DNA of 63,179 nucleotides, filler included, from Licmophora abbreviata (taxonomy: Eukaryota): assembly GCA_900291995.1 (NCBI GenBank). It is 19 parts of 19 records of this genome, joined end to end, with 100 filler letters (N's around TTAATTAATTAA, not from the genome) between each part and the next. Parts side by side here need not be neighbours in the genome. Positions count along the whole stretch, not along the records: positions 41,816 to 45,019 come from OLMU01002806.1; positions 45,120 to 46,450 come from OLMU01002807.1; positions 46,551 to 48,337 come from OLMU01002808.1; positions 48,438 to 51,464 come from OLMU01002810.1; positions 51,565 to 53,786 come from OLMU01002811.1; positions 53,887 to 55,317 come from OLMU01002812.1; 13 more parts are not named here. One strand, given 5' to 3'. The translations under genes and the position numbers were made by a program. Of this stretch, positions 43,226-55,034 are shown piece by piece. The notes beneath the pieces were generated by a model. That model was not told the origin of the DNA, did not search any database, and saw only the letters and a list, made by a program, of their open reading frames with translations. Numbering within the stretch: position 1 is the stretch's first letter; each line of letters opens with the position of its first letter.

Positions 43226-43232
43226 AAGCGTC

Positions 43233-43922
43233 ATGATCCGTTTCACGCCCATCCTGCTGGCCATTCTCTACGCGGTCGTCATGTACCGGTTCTCGGTCTG
43301 GCGCACCCGGCGCGAACTTGACGCGCGCTCGACAGAACTGGCCGATCCGCGCCTCAAGCAGATGACCGACAGGCTGGCCAACGCCCTCGATGTGCCGCGC
43401 ATCAGGGTGCATATCTATGAAATCGACCCGGTCAATGGCCTCGCCGCCCCGGACGGGCGCATCTTCATCACCCGCGGCTTCTATCGCAAGTTCCAGAATG
43501 GCGAGGTCAGCGCCGAAGAGCTTGCCTCGGTCATCGCGCATGAATTGGGTCATGTGGCGCTTGGCCATACGCGCCGCCGGATGATCGACTTTTCGGGGCA
43601 GAACGCCCTGCGCACCGCGATGGCGATGATCTTGTCGAAGTTTCTGCCCGGTATCGGTGTCTGGATCGCCAACGGGCTGACCACGCTTCTGGCCGCGCGC
43701 CTCTCGCGCGGCGATGAATACGAAGCCGACGCCTATGCCGCCGCCCTGCTCACCAAGGCGCAGATCGGTACCGAGGCGCAGAAATCACTGTTTCGCAAGC
43801 TCGAAGCGCTGACCGAAGCCCGCGCCGGCGCGGTTCCCGCATGGCTGATGAGCCACCCCAAGACCGAAGAGCGCATCACGGCGATCGAAAAACTCGAAGC
43901 GAAATGGGCGATCGAGGGCTGA
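43233..43922 (+). CDS. M48 family zinc metallopeptidase
   Basis: VIAHELGH, EYEAD, SHP..ERI; N-terminal TM. Confidence 0.9.
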   Translation: MIRFTPILLAILYAVVMYRFSVWRTRRELDARSTELADPRLKQMTDRLANALDVPRIRVHIYEIDPVNGLAAPDGRIFITRGFYRKFQNGEVSAEELASVIAHELGHVALGHTRRRMIDFSGQNALRTAMAMILSKFLPGIGVWIANGLTTLLAARLSRGDEYEADAYAAALLTKAQIGTEAQKSLFRKLEALTEARAGAVPAWLMSHPKTEERITAIEKLEAKWAIEG

Positions 43923-43947
43923 GCCCATCCAGCCCGCGCCTGTCTTG

Positions 43948-44002
43948 GATTTTTCGCAGAAAAATCTCCCCACCCAAAAACCAGATTTTTCGCAGAAAAA
44001 TC
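43948..44002. repeat. two copies of the 19-bp palindrome GATTTTTC-GCA-GAAAAATC (family C)
   Basis: Identical copies at 43948-43966 and 43984-44002 between convergent genes. Confidence 0.8.
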
Positions 44003-44548
44003 TCAGCCCGCCGCAACCGCTTTCGCCAAACGCGGCAGGCGCGCCTTTTTCAGCAGCGCGCGCATCTCCCAGCTCCTGCCTGAAAGCCGGTTTGCCTCGG
44101 CCAGAACCTCGTCGGCCACCGCCTGCACCAGATCGGGTTGCGCCTGCCAGATGCCGTGCAGGAAACTGTCCGGATCGGCCCGGCTGATGCCCTCATCGGC
44201 CAGCACGTTGCGCGGAAAATCCTTGACGTTCAGCGTCACGATCACATCCGCCGATCCCGCAACCGCTGCCGCCAGAACATGAATATCCGCAGCATCCGGC
44301 AGCCACAGCCGCGCCTCCAGTGACATCGGATAGCTGACTTCGGCCTCGGGCCAGCTCGCCGCAAGCATCGCCGCCTCGGCGCGCGCCTGTGCGGCCCCTT
44401 GGACCCCGAGTTTTTCCGCCGCGCGCAGCCATTCGCCAACGATCCGCCCGGACCAGAGCGGCGTATAAACACCCCGAGCCGCGACCCCCAGAAGCATCTG
44501 GCGCATCACCGTGGGATAGATCACGCAGGTATCCAGTACGACCTTCAT
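44003..44548 (-). CDS. PIN domain protein
   Basis: VLDTCV, EW, LPDAADIHVLAAA, IVTLNVKDFP. Confidence 0.88.
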   Translation of the reverse strand: MKVVLDTCVIYPTVMRQMLLGVAARGVYTPLWSGRIVGEWLRAAEKLGVQGAAQARAEAAMLAASWPEAEVSYPMSLEARLWLPDAADIHVLAAAVAGSADVIVTLNVKDFPRNVLADEGISRADPDSFLHGIWQAQPDLVQAVADEVLAEANRLSGRSWEMRALLKKARLPRLAKAVAAG

Positions 44549-45019
44549 CACAGCCGGAAGAACAACGCCTTGAGATAGCCCGATTCCGCCAGTTGCGGAT
44601 GCAGCGGATGATCCGGCCCCGCAAATCCGGTATGCACAAGCTGCCCCTCGCGTCCCGCCCGACCGATGCCGCGCACGCAAGACCCCCGGAACTTGCCCAG
44701 ATCCGCCGCGTGCGAGCACGAGCACAGCCCCAGAAACCCGCCCTCTTCGACCAACACCGCCGCCATCCGCGCGACGCGCTCATAGGCGCGCAATCCCGCC
44801 TCCAACGCCTTTTTCGACGGCGCGAAAGCGGGCGGATCGCAGATCACCACGTCAAATCGCGCGCCCTCCTCGGCCAGCGCCGCCAGCACATCGAACGCAT
44901 CGCCCCGGCGCGTGGCAAACCGCGCCTCGAGCCCGCTCCGGCGCGCGCCCTCCTCCGCCAGTGTCAGCGCCGGGGCCGAGCCATCAACCGCCAGCGCGCT
45001 GTCCGCTCCGCCCGCAAGC
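44548..45019 (-). CDS. RlmI-like class I SAM-dependent RNA methyltransferase, C-terminal part
   Basis: FDVVICDPPAF, CSCS, DHP..ESGYLK. Confidence 0.85.
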
Positions 45020-45167
45020 NNNNNNNNNNNNNNNNNNNNNNNNNNNNNNNNNNNNNNNNNNNNTTAATTAATTAANNNNNNNNNNNNNNNNNNNNNNNNN
45101 NNNNNNNNNNNNNNNNNNNGACAGCGTCATGCTGTCCCCATAAGCCCTTTGCGCGGCCTGGAAAAGA

Positions 45168-45803
45168 TCAGAGTTGGCCGCTCAGGCCACCCAACCGCAG
45201 ATTGGCCGCAACATAGCCGTCCGGACCGCTCAGTTCCTGACGGATCACATTGGCCAGATGATCGGTGATGCGCACTTTCTGGGTCTGGCCGATGCGGTCC
45301 GCCTCGATCGCGGCCTGCCCGCCAAAGCCCCGCAGATTCGCCTTGATCAGCTCCGGCTTGCCGACAAGCTCACCGGTCTCGGCATGGCGCAGCTGCATAA
45401 CGAAGTGCAACCCGTGCATGCCCCCCACGGTATAGCGGGCCTTTTCGGTCAGCGCATGAAAGCGCGCCACCTCGACCTCGACCACCACGGGAAGATGCCC
45501 CGGGGTCATCCTCGCCGTTCCGCGCTGCAGCGCCTCTTCGAAAATCGCTTTGACCTGGTCATGACGGTTGCCCGGCGGATCGCCACGCCACACGATGTCA
45601 CCCGCCGGCAGATAGGCATTGGCCTCGGACACCCTGAGCGTTTCAGGCACCGAAACCCTGATGTCGCGCACATCGACACGGGCTGCAGGCGCCTCGAGGC
45701 TACCGACCTCCAAGGGCGCGTTCCGCGTCGCCGTTTCAATCGAGGCACATCCCGAAACAGTCAGTCCCAGCAGAAGCACCGAAAAAATACGAATTGCTAC
45801 CAT
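45168..45803 (-). CDS. hypothetical lipoprotein
   Basis: Lipobox VSGC; DIVWRGDP, FHALTEKARYTVGG. Confidence 0.8.
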   Translation of the reverse strand: MVAIRIFSVLLLGLTVSGCASIETATRNAPLEVGSLEAPAARVDVRDIRVSVPETLRVSEANAYLPAGDIVWRGDPPGNRHDQVKAIFEEALQRGTARMTPGHLPVVVEVEVARFHALTEKARYTVGGMHGLHFVMQLRHAETGELVGKPELIKANLRGFGGQAAIEADRIGQTQKVRITDHLANVIRQELSGPDGYVAANLRLGGLSGQL

Positions 45804-45997
45804 TTCTTCCTCCTGAGCGCTTTCTGCGCCGTGTTTTCCAGGATGAAGATGACCGGGAATTAGGGCTGAAATTCGTCAGCTCTGGCGTTTTTACGTGATG
45901 AAATGGCGGCACAAGCGGCCAATTCGGCCTGAAAATGCCCTCAAAACGCCGCGCTGTGACGCCCTCTTGGCCCGGCGAACCCGGCGTGCCGCAACAC

Positions 45998-46276
45998 TCA
46001 GGCCTTTGGGTCGCGGTCGCGCGCGCGCCAGCCGCCGCGCCGCCGCGCCGGCCCCGCCGAGGCAAGCCCGTCTTGCAGCACACGCGTCATCGGATGCTCG
46101 GGCGCATCCTGCCCGTAGCGCTCCAGCATCGCGTCGATCGCCTGCGCCTGATCGGTGTCATGCGGCAGCGACAGCGCCCAATCCAGAAAGATCGAGCGGC
46201 ATTCCGGCGGCCCGATCCCGTCGATATGATATGCCTCTCGGATGAGGCCCTTGTGGTCCATCGGATCGCGCATCAT
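45998..46276 (-). CDS. conserved hypothetical protein
   Basis: KGLIREAY.IDGI..ECRSIFLDWALS..HPMT; starts 1 nt after the glnE stop. Confidence 0.72.
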   Translation of the reverse strand: MMRDPMDHKGLIREAYHIDGIGPPECRSIFLDWALSLPHDTDQAQAIDAMLERYGQDAPEHPMTRVLQDGLASAGPARRRGGWRARDRDPKA

Positions 46277-46277
46277 C

Positions 46278-48337
46278 TCACTTCTCCCCTGACGGCGCGC
46301 TCAGCGCCCTGTCGATGACCTGCGCTGCCTCGTGTGCGGCAGCCTCCAGATCGGCCTGCAAATCGGCCAGCGTCTCGTGGCCGGTCTCTCGCAGCACGAA
46401 TCCCGTGCCACCCTCGCCGATCCTGCCCGGATCAAGCGGGCGGTCGCTCANNNNNNNNNNNNNNNNNNNNNNNNNNNNNNNNNNNNNNNNNNNNTTAATT
46501 AATTAANNNNNNNNNNNNNNNNNNNNNNNNNNNNNNNNNNNNNNNNNNNNCAGGCGCCCCGACCCCAGCTTGGGATCCCACGGCCCCTCGGGCCGCTTGG
46601 CATCGGCGACCCGGGCGCGCATCGCCGCGGCCTCCCGGATCACACCTTCCACCTTGCCCTTTTCGGCCAAAAGCGCCGCGCGGAACCCCTCGACATCCTC
46701 GGTCAGATCCTGCGGCCCCGCGATCACCCGCGCCCGCGTCAGCGCCAGATGCTCCCAGACCCAGGCTTCGGTCTGCTGATAATCGCGAAACGCGCTCCAG
46801 CCCGTCGCCACCGGCCCCTGATTGCCCGAAGGACGCAGCCGCATATCCACCTCGTACAGCTTGCCTTCCGCCATCGGCGCGGTCAGCGCGGTAATCATCG
46901 CCTGTGTCAGCCGCGCATAATAGGTCCGTGTCGCCAGCGGCCTGCCCCCCTCCGAGCCTTCGACCCCGTCCGCATCATAGATCACAATCAGATCCAGATC
47001 GGATTCGGCATTCAGCCGCTCGGCGCCAAGCGATCCCATTCCCAACACCACCGCGCCGCGCCCGGCCAATCGCCGTGCTTTTGCGCGAACTGTGTCTGCA
47101 CCACGGGCCACAGCGCCCCGATCACGGCCCCTGCCGGATCGGCATAGTGCAGCCCCGCCGCATCGGCATCCACCAGCCCCCGCAGATGATGCACGCCCAC
47201 CCGGAAATGCCATTCCTTCTTCCAGCGCCTCGCCGCATCCAGCTTGCGCTCGTAATCGTCCTCGGCCTCGAGCCGCGCCGCAAGATCCGCCTCCAGCGCC
47301 GCGCGCCCCGGCCATGCGGCAAAGAAATCCCCCGCGATCACCGCATCGAACACCCCCGCATGACGCGACAGATGCCCCGCCAGCTTGGGCGAGGTGCCCG
47401 CGATATCCACCAGCAGATCGACAAGCTGGGGATTGGCCTCGAAGAGCGAAAACACCTGCACCCCCGCAGGCAGCCCCGCCAGAAACCCGTCAAACGCCAG
47501 CAACGCCTCTTGCGGATGGGCCGTGCCGGCCAGACGCGTCAGGATATCGGGCTTGAGCCTGCGGAATATTTCCCCCGCCCGCTGCGAACGCAACGCCGGA
47601 TAGGACGGCCAACGCCCGATGATCTCGTCATCGAACAGCGCATCGGCCTCCTGCGACACAGGTTCGGGGCCCTCGGGGGCGAAAAACCCCTCGATCAGCT
47701 CATGCACCTCGTTCAACCGCTCCAGCAATTCGGCCTGCAATCCGGGCGTGTCGCGCCCCATGAAGGCCGCCAGCCGGTCGAACTCCTCCTGCGACTGCGG
47801 CAGATCATGGGTCTGGGCATCGCGCAGCATCTGCAACCGGTGCTCGACCTCGCGGTGAAAGCGGTAATGCGCGGTCAGCACATCGGCCGCGTCCCTTGGC
47901 ACCCAGCCCTTTTCAGCCAGCCGGGCCAGCCCCTCGACCGTGCCGCGCACCCTCAGATCCGGGTCGCGCCCGCCGGCGATGATCTGGCGGGTCTGGGTGA
48001 AGAACTCGATCTCGCGGATGCCGCCGCGCCCCAGCTTCATGTTGTGCCCCGGCAAGGTCAGCCGCCCGCCAAGCCCCTTATGCTCACGGATGCGCAGCCG
48101 CATGTTATGCGCGTCCTCGATCGCGGCGAAATCCAGATGCTTGCGCCACACGAAAGGCCGCAGCACCTCGAGAAACCGCGCCCCCGCCTCAAGATCGCCC
48201 GCGCAGGGCCGCGCCTTGATATAGGCCGCGCGCTCCCATGTGCGCCCCAGACCTTCGTAATAGGTCTCGGCGGCGGCCATCGCCATGCAAACGGGCGTCA
48301 CGCTCGGATCGGACGCAGCCGCAGATCGGTGCGAAAC
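46278..48337 (-). CDS. glnE: glutamine synthetase adenylyltransferase; partial, gap at 46451-46550, frameshifts near 47064 and 48311
   Basis: DLRLRP, WERAAYIKAR, KLGRGGIREIEF, GMGSLG..SDLDLI, YEVDMRLRPSG, WEHLALTRAR. Confidence 0.92.
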
Positions 48338-48437
48338 NNNNNNNNNNNNNNNNNNNNNNNNNNNNNNNNNNNNNNNNNNNNTTAATTAATTAANNNNNNN
48401 NNNNNNNNNNNNNNNNNNNNNNNNNNNNNNNNNNNNN

Positions 48438-48850
48438 CACAGCCCGAGTTCTATCGGGATGTGCCCGTAAAGCGCCTGATCGCCTGGATCGTGGACACGA
48501 TCCTGATCCTGCTGATCTGCCTTGCGATTCTGCCCTTCACCGCCTTCACCGGCCTGCTGTTCTTTCCGGCGCTGCTGCTGTTCGTCGGCTTCGGCTACCG
48601 TGTGGCGACCATCGCGCGTGGCTCGGCGACATGGGGGATGCGGCTGGTGGCAATCGAGCTCCGCACGCTGGACGGGCGGCGATTCGACCTGACACTCGCG
48701 TTCCTGCACACGCTCGGCCTAACAATCTCCTTCGCCCTGCCGTTTCTTCAGGTGATTTCCGTGGTGCTCATGCTGACCACAGCGCGTGCTCAGGGCCTGA
48801 CAGATCACGTGCTCGGCACGGTCGCCCTGAACCGTCGCGCCACAAATTGA
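48438..48850 (+). CDS. RDD family membrane protein; 5' part in gap
   Basis: KRLIAWIVD, ATWGMRL, QGLTD. Confidence 0.82.
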
Positions 48851-48923
48851 CAACTCGTCTTTACCCCCTTGGCGCAAGCTATCGGGCTTGATACCGTGCC
48901 GTTCGGAAGGATAGAGACCCGCG

Positions 48924-49748
48924 ATGCGCCATACGCTGCCGATAGCGCCCCAATTCTACGTGACGGCCCCGCAGCCCTGCCCCTATCTTGAGGGGCGGAT
49001 GGAACGCAAATTGTTCACTGCACTTCAGGGCGAAGGCTCTCAGCGGCTCAATGACAGCCTCTCCAAACAGGGGTTTCGTCGCTCGCAGAACGTGCTCTAC
49101 CGGCCCGCCTGCGCGGAATGCTCCGCTTGCCTCTCGGCACGGGTGAACGTGGCCGATTTCTCCATGTCGCGCAGCCAGCGCCGCACATGGAATCGCAATG
49201 CTCGGCTCGAACGCCGCGCCACCTCGCCCTGGGCCACCGAGGAACAGTACACCCTCTTTCGCCGCTATCTCGAACACCGGCACGCCGATGGCGGCATGGC
49301 CGACATGGACACGTTCGAATTCGCCGCCATGATCGAGGAAACGCCGATCCGCACCCGTGTCGTGGAATATACCGATACCGAAACCGGCGATCTGGTGGCC
49401 GTCTGCCTGACCGATGTGCTCGATGACGGGGTCAGCATGGTCTATTCCTTCTACGACCCCGACCGCCCTCGCGACAGCTTGGGCACCTATCTCATCCTCG
49501 ATCATATCGAGATCGCCCGCGAAAACGGCCTGCCCCATGTCTATCTCGGCTACTGGGTGCCCGGCAGCCCCAAGATGGGCTACAAGGCCGCCTTCACCGG
49601 GCTTGAAATCTATGTGAACGGCGCGTGGGAACGGATGGGCACACCCGAGGATTACAGCGCGCAGCTCCACCCGCTCTCGAACGATCCGATCTCCGAGCAG
49701 GTGGCCAATATCTCGCTGCCCGACGGCAAGCCGCTGCGCGCGCGCTGA
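48924..49748 (+). CDS. bpt: bacterial ATE-like aminoacyl-tRNA-protein transferase (Bpt)
   Basis: CPYL, GFRRSQ..YRP.C..C..C, YSFYDP, SLG, YLGYWV..MGYK. Confidence 0.88.
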   Translation: MRHTLPIAPQFYVTAPQPCPYLEGRMERKLFTALQGEGSQRLNDSLSKQGFRRSQNVLYRPACAECSACLSARVNVADFSMSRSQRRTWNRNARLERRATSPWATEEQYTLFRRYLEHRHADGGMADMDTFEFAAMIEETPIRTRVVEYTDTETGDLVAVCLTDVLDDGVSMVYSFYDPDRPRDSLGTYLILDHIEIARENGLPHVYLGYWVPGSPKMGYKAAFTGLEIYVNGAWERMGTPEDYSAQLHPLSNDPISEQVANISLPDGKPLRAR

Positions 49749-49758
49749 CCCCTTCGGA

Positions 49759-51129
49759 TCACGCCCGCCGCCGCATCCCCGCCAGCACGGCGGCGAACCC
49801 CACCACCAGAACCGCGACGCAGATCACCAGAAGCTGCTCGTATTTATGCGCCTCCGGCAACAGCGCCGCCACCAGCGCGGTATCGCGCGCGAAATAGGCC
49901 AGCGCCCCCAGCATCGCCGCCGCAAAAGCCGCAAGATACGCCCAAAGCGCCACATCGCGCCCCATCACCAGCCCGACCACCAGAACCGGCGTCAGGAACA
50001 TGCTCGCCGTGCCGCTCACCGCGACCGCATCGAACAGCGTCTGGTTGCCCCACAGCGTCAGCACCGTGCCCAGCGCCATGAACACCACCATCGCCAGACG
50101 CCCCCCGGTCAGGCTGCGTGGCACAAGCCGCAGCTCATCCACCACCAGCCGCGCCGCCGAGGCCAGCGCCGAATCAAGCGTGCTCAGCGCACTGATCAGC
50201 AGCGACACCAGCAGCGCGCCGAACACCCAAGCCGGGAACATACCCGCCCATGTCCCCAGAAGCTCGCCCTCATAAGCCGCGCCCACCAGCCCCGCCTGCA
50301 CCCCGAAAAGGCCAAACGCGATGATGCAGAGCGACGAGATCCAGAACGCATGCAGGAACGAGGCCCGCGTCGTGGCCCGGTCCGCGATGAACCCGCGATC
50401 CATCATCACCGGATCATGCGCCGGATAGGAAAACACCTGCAGGAACGCCACCAACAGCAGAACCTGCCCGTTCCACGCCCCCGCCGTGCCGGGTGCCGTC
50501 AGCACCGCGCCCAGATCGAACTCGGGACTGGTCAGCAGCGCCACGAAGGCCGCCGCAAACACCGCCAGAAACACCACCATCTGCAACACATCCGTGCGCA
50601 GCGACGCGCTCAAGCCCCCCCACGCGCTATAGGCCAGCCCCAGCACCGCCACTGCAAGGATCGCCACCGTACCGGCCCCCGCCGCCTCGGGCAGCGCCGC
50701 GCCAAAGATCAGCCCCACCACCAGCAGGTTGGCAAAGACCTCCGACAAGAGCCGCAGCGCGATCACCAGATTGTAGCACCCAGTGCCCGCCGCCCCGAAT
50801 CGCGCCTCCAGCCAGTCCTGCACCGACCCCGCGCCGCCCTCGCGCAGACGGCCCACGATGAACCCACCCGTCAGGAACGACCCGTAATAAGCCGTGTAGG
50901 CCAGCACGCCCCAGATGCCATAGAAATAGCCAAGGATCGCGGCATTCATCAGCGACCGGGCAAAAATCCATGTGGTGACCTGACTGAGCACCAAGGTCCA
51001 CAGCCCCGGTGCGCGCCCCTCGGCGCTCGCCCCTCCGAAAAACCCCTCGATCGTGGCGCGGCGCGGTGCCACCACGAGGCTGGCGAGGATAACACCGCCG
51101 AACACGGCGATCACTGTCAGTGTCTGCAT
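49759..51129 (-). CDS. sodium:solute symporter family-like membrane transporter
   Basis: About 12 TM helices; GGLSASLRTD, SALSTLDS. Confidence 0.8.
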   Translation of the reverse strand: MQTLTVIAVFGGVILASLVVAPRRATIEGFFGGASAEGRAPGLWTLVLSQVTTWIFARSLMNAAILGYFYGIWGVLAYTAYYGSFLTGGFIVGRLREGGAGSVQDWLEARFGAAGTGCYNLVIALRLLSEVFANLLVVGLIFGAALPEAAGAGTVAILAVAVLGLAYSAWGGLSASLRTDVLQMVVFLAVFAAAFVALLTSPEFDLGAVLTAPGTAGAWNGQVLLLVAFLQVFSYPAHDPVMMDRGFIADRATTRASFLHAFWISSLCIIAFGLFGVQAGLVGAAYEGELLGTWAGMFPAWVFGALLVSLLISALSTLDSALASAARLVVDELRLVPRSLTGGRLAMVVFMALGTVLTLWGNQTLFDAVAVSGTASMFLTPVLVVGLVMGRDVALWAYLAAFAAAMLGALAYFARDTALVAALLPEAHKYEQLLVICVAVLVVGFAAVLAGMRRRA

Positions 51130-51243
51130 GAAAACAGGCCCTTTGATCCTGATGTGTCACAGGGGTAGCCCGCGCGCGCCGTCCGCGCCAGACGCCGCAA
51201 GCTGCGAAAACGCAAACGTGAACCCCGGTGACGCGCGCACGCC

Positions 51244-52061
51244 TTACAGCGTGGCGTTCACCCCGCCGCCATCCAGCAGGATGTTCTGCCCGATGATGAA
51301 GCCCGCATGCTGGCTGCACAGGAACGCACAGGCCGCGCCGAACTCTTCCTTGGTCCCATAGCGCCCCACAGGCAGGGTGGCCTCGCGTTTCGTGCGCGCC
51401 TCCTCAAGGCTCAGCCCCTCTCGCTCGGCCACGCCCCGGTCCAGCGCATCGGCCCGGTCCGTCGNNNNNNNNNNNNNNNNNNNNNNNNNNNNNNNNNNNN
51501 NNNNNNNNTTAATTAATTAANNNNNNNNNNNNNNNNNNNNNNNNNNNNNNNNNNNNNNNNNNNNCCTGCCACATAGCCGGTCAACCCGGCGCGCGCCGAA
51601 TTCGACAGGCCCAGCACCGCAATCGGCGCCTTCACCGATTGCGACGTGATGTTGACCACCCGGCCCCAACCGCGCTCCATCATGCCCGGCACCAGCGCCT
51701 TGATCAGCGCGATGGGCGTTAGCATGTTGGCATCGAGCGCCTTGATGAAATCCTCGCGCTCCCAGTCGGTCCACATGCCCGGCGGCGGCCCTCCGGCGTT
51801 GTTCACCAGAATATCCGCAGCGCCCGCCGCCTCGATCACCTGCGCCTGACCCTCTTCGGTGGTCACATCGCAGGCCAAGGTGATAACCTGCACGCCGAAG
51901 TCGTCGCGGATCACCTGTGCCGATGCTTCCAGCGCCTCGGCGCCACGCGCATTCATCACCAGATCCACACCCGCCTCGGCCAGCGCCCTTGCGCACCCCA
52001 GCCCAAGCCCCTTCGACGATGCGCAGACCAGCGCGCGCTTGCCCTTCAGACCCAGATCCAT
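51244..52061 (-). CDS. short-chain dehydrogenase/reductase; gap at 51465-51564
   Basis: ASSKGLG, NNAGGPP, SNSAR, GQNILLDGG. Confidence 0.9.
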
Positions 52062-52226
52062 GTCGATCCTCCCGATATAATGCCGTTATTCTCCGGTCGC
52101 CTGCATAGCACCGCGCGCCCCGCGTTGACCAGCCGCACGTCAGGGCGTTGACCCCACGCCGCCATCAGCCTATTTTCAACGCCTCAGCGGCCGCGCAAAA
52201 CCGGGCGCCTCACCAGTACGATCGTT

Positions 52227-53240
52227 ATGTCCGACAGTTCCCTGAAGCCCGCGCAATCCATCCCCGTCTACAAGGCCCGCGACTTCACCGTCGTCAACGG
52301 GGCCAATCTGGGTGACCCGATCTCTTTTGCCGCCGAGCTCGATCTTGACGACACCTATGAGCTGAACAAGACCGCGGAGCCCCTCCGCCTGTCGGTGCTG
52401 GCCCATGACGATGGCCGCTTCACCATCGCCGAGAACACCACCACCGGACAGCCCGGCGCGCCGCTGCATCTTGATTCCTGTCTCACGCTGATGTCCGCCT
52501 CGGGGCAGACAAGCGAACTGCTGGTGCTCGTGGAAACCGACGATTCGGGCAATGTCGCGGGCGTCTATGCCCTGCCTCTGGCGCAACTGACCCCGCGCAC
52601 CGGCTATGCGCTCGTGGGCATCGACCGCGACAACCCGCGCCAGAAATTCGCCGAAGTGGCCTGCGTGTCCTTCTCGCGCGGCACCCATATCACGCTGGCC
52701 TCGGGCCGTCAGGCCCCGATCGAGACGCTCAAGGTGGGCGACATGGTCCTCACCCGCGACGACGGCCCCCAAGCGGTGCGCTGGATCGGGCATTCGACCG
52801 TGCGCGCGGTGGGCGACTTCGCCCCGATCCGCATCAAGGCGGGCACGCTGCACAACGAAAACGACCTCCTGCTCAGCCCCGACCATCGCCTGTTCATCTA
52901 TCAGCGCTCAGATGCGCTCGGCGCGGGCCGGGCCGAATTGCTGGTGCGGGCGCGCTATCTGGTCAATGGCGACACCGTGCTGCGCGAAGATGGCGGCTTC
53001 ATCGACTATTTCCAGCTGCTCTTCGACGAGCATCAGATCATCTATGCCGAAGGCATCGCCGCCGAAACGCTGCTGGTCGATACCCGCACGCGCCCGGCCC
53101 TGCCCGACGATCTGTGCGCGGCTCTGGCCAATTCGCTCACCGGCCACGGCCCGCGCGCCCATCTCGACTTCGAGGTAAGCGAGAAACTTCTCGACCATCC
53201 CGACGCCGCCGCCATCCTGCGCCGCGCCTCCACGCGCTGA
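52227..53240 (+). CDS. Hint-domain (bacterial intein-like) protein
   Basis: [23 protein letters not shown]...[28 protein letters not shown]. Confidence 0.85.
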   Translation: MSDSSLKPAQSIPVYKARDFTVVNGANLGDPISFAAELDLDDTYELNKTAEPLRLSVLAHDDGRFTIAENTTTGQPGAPLHLDSCLTLMSASGQTSELLVLVETDDSGNVAGVYALPLAQLTPRTGYALVGIDRDNPRQKFAEVACVSFSRGTHITLASGRQAPIETLKVGDMVLTRDDGPQAVRWIGHSTVRAVGDFAPIRIKAGTLHNENDLLLSPDHRLFIYQRSDALGAGRAELLVRARYLVNGDTVLREDGGFIDYFQLLFDEHQIIYAEGIAAETLLVDTRTRPALPDDLCAALANSLTGHGPRAHLDFEVSEKLLDHPDAAAILRRASTR

Positions 53241-53307
53241 TCCCTCGGCCCATGCGCGCGGCACTGGCGTATTGCACCGCCTCCCGCGCGCCTCTATATG
53301 CGCATCC

Positions 53308-54961
53308 ATGCTGGACATGACCCCCAACCGCCCCGATCTGCCGCCCGAAATCGCGCGGCGCCGCACCTTCGCGATCATCTCGCATCCCGATGCGGGCAAG
53401 ACGACCCTGACCGAAAAATTCCTGCTCTATGGCGGTGCGATCCAGATGGCTGGGCAGGTCCGCGCCAAGGGCGAGGCGCGCCGCACGCGCTCGGATTTCA
53501 TGCAGATGGAAAAGGACCGGGGCATTTCCGTCTCGGCCTCGGCCATGTCTTTCGATTTCAGCGGCTTCCGCTTCAATCTGGTGGACACGCCCGGTCACTC
53601 GGATTTCTCGGAAGACACCTATCGCACGCTCACGGCGGTGGATGCCGCCGTCATGGTGATCGACGGCGCTAAGGGCGTCGAAAGCCAGACGCGCAAGCTG
53701 TTCGAAGTGTGCCGGCTGCGCGATCTGCCGATCCTGACCTTCTGCAACAAGATGGACCGCGAAAGCCGCGAGACCTTCGACATCATNNNNNNNNNNNNNN
53801 NNNNNNNNNNNNNNNNNNNNNNNNNNNNNNTTAATTAATTAANNNNNNNNNNNNNNNNNNNNNNNNNNNNNNNNNNNNNNNNNNNNCGGCAAGGGCCGCG
53901 ATTTCATCGGCTGTTACGACATGCTCAACGACCGGCTTGAACTGATGGACCGCGCCGACCGCAACAAGGTCGCCGAAAGCATCAAGATCAACGGTCTGGA
54001 CGATCCCGCCCTTGCCGCGCATGTACCCGCCGACCTGATCGGCCAGCTGCGCGAAGAGGTCGAGATGGCCCGCGAACTGCTGCCCGCCCTCAATCCGCAA
54101 TCTGTGCTCGAAGGGCATATGACCCCGATCTGGTTCGGCTCCGCGATCAATTCTTTCGGCGTCAAGGAACTGATGGACGGGATCGGCACCTATGGCCCCG
54201 AACCGCAGCCGCAATCGGCCGAACCGCGCCAGATCGCCCCCGAGGAAACCAACGTCACCGGCTTCGTCTTCAAGGTGCAGGCCAATATGGACCCCAAGCA
54301 CCGCGACCGCGTGGCCTTTGTCCGCCTTGCCTCGGGCCATTTCCGGCGCGGCATGAAGCTGACCCATGTGCGCTCGAAAAAGCCGATGACCGTGTCGGCC
54401 CCGGTGCTGTTTCTCGCCTCCGACCGCGAACTGGCCGAAGAGGCATGGGCCGGCGATATCATCGGCATTCCCAACCACGGCCAATTGCGCATCGGCGACA
54501 CCCTGACCGAAGGCGAAACCCTGCGCGTCACCGGCATCCCCTCCTTTGCCCCGGAACTCCTGCAGTCCTGCCGCGCGGGCGATCCCATGAAGGCCAAGCA
54601 TCTCGAAAAGGCCCTCATGCAATTCGCCGAGGAAGGCGCCGCCAAGGTGTTCAAACCCTCCTTCGGCTCCGGCTTCATCGTCGGCGTCGTCGGCGCCCTG
54701 CAATTCGAGGTTCTGGGCAGCCGGATCGAGCTTGAATACGGCCTGCCCGTGCGCTTCGAGCCGTCGCAATTCACCTCCGCCCGGTGGGTCGCAGGTCCGC
54801 GCGACAAGGTCGACGCCTTCGCCGACGCCAACAAAAGCCACATCGCCCACGATCACGACGGCGACATCGTTTACCTCACGCGCCTGCAATGGGACATCGA
54901 CCGCATCGAACGCGACCACCCCGACGTGACGCTGCAGGCCACCAAGGAAATGATGGCCTGA
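53308..54961 (+). CDS. prfC: peptide chain release factor 3; gap at 53787-53886
   Basis: [47 protein letters not shown]. Confidence 0.96.
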
Positions 54962-55034
54962 CCCCAGCCCCTAGGGGCTTTCATCACGCATTCAGCACCT
55001 TGCGCCCCGCCTCGGCGCGCCGCATCCTGTCGCC

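Noticed and set aside
43948..44002. Mini CRISPR array
   Set aside because: Only two 19-bp units with a 17-bp spacer and no cas genes
52227..53240. Mobile intein
   Set aside because: No homing endonuclease, no host protein split around it and no terminal His-Asn
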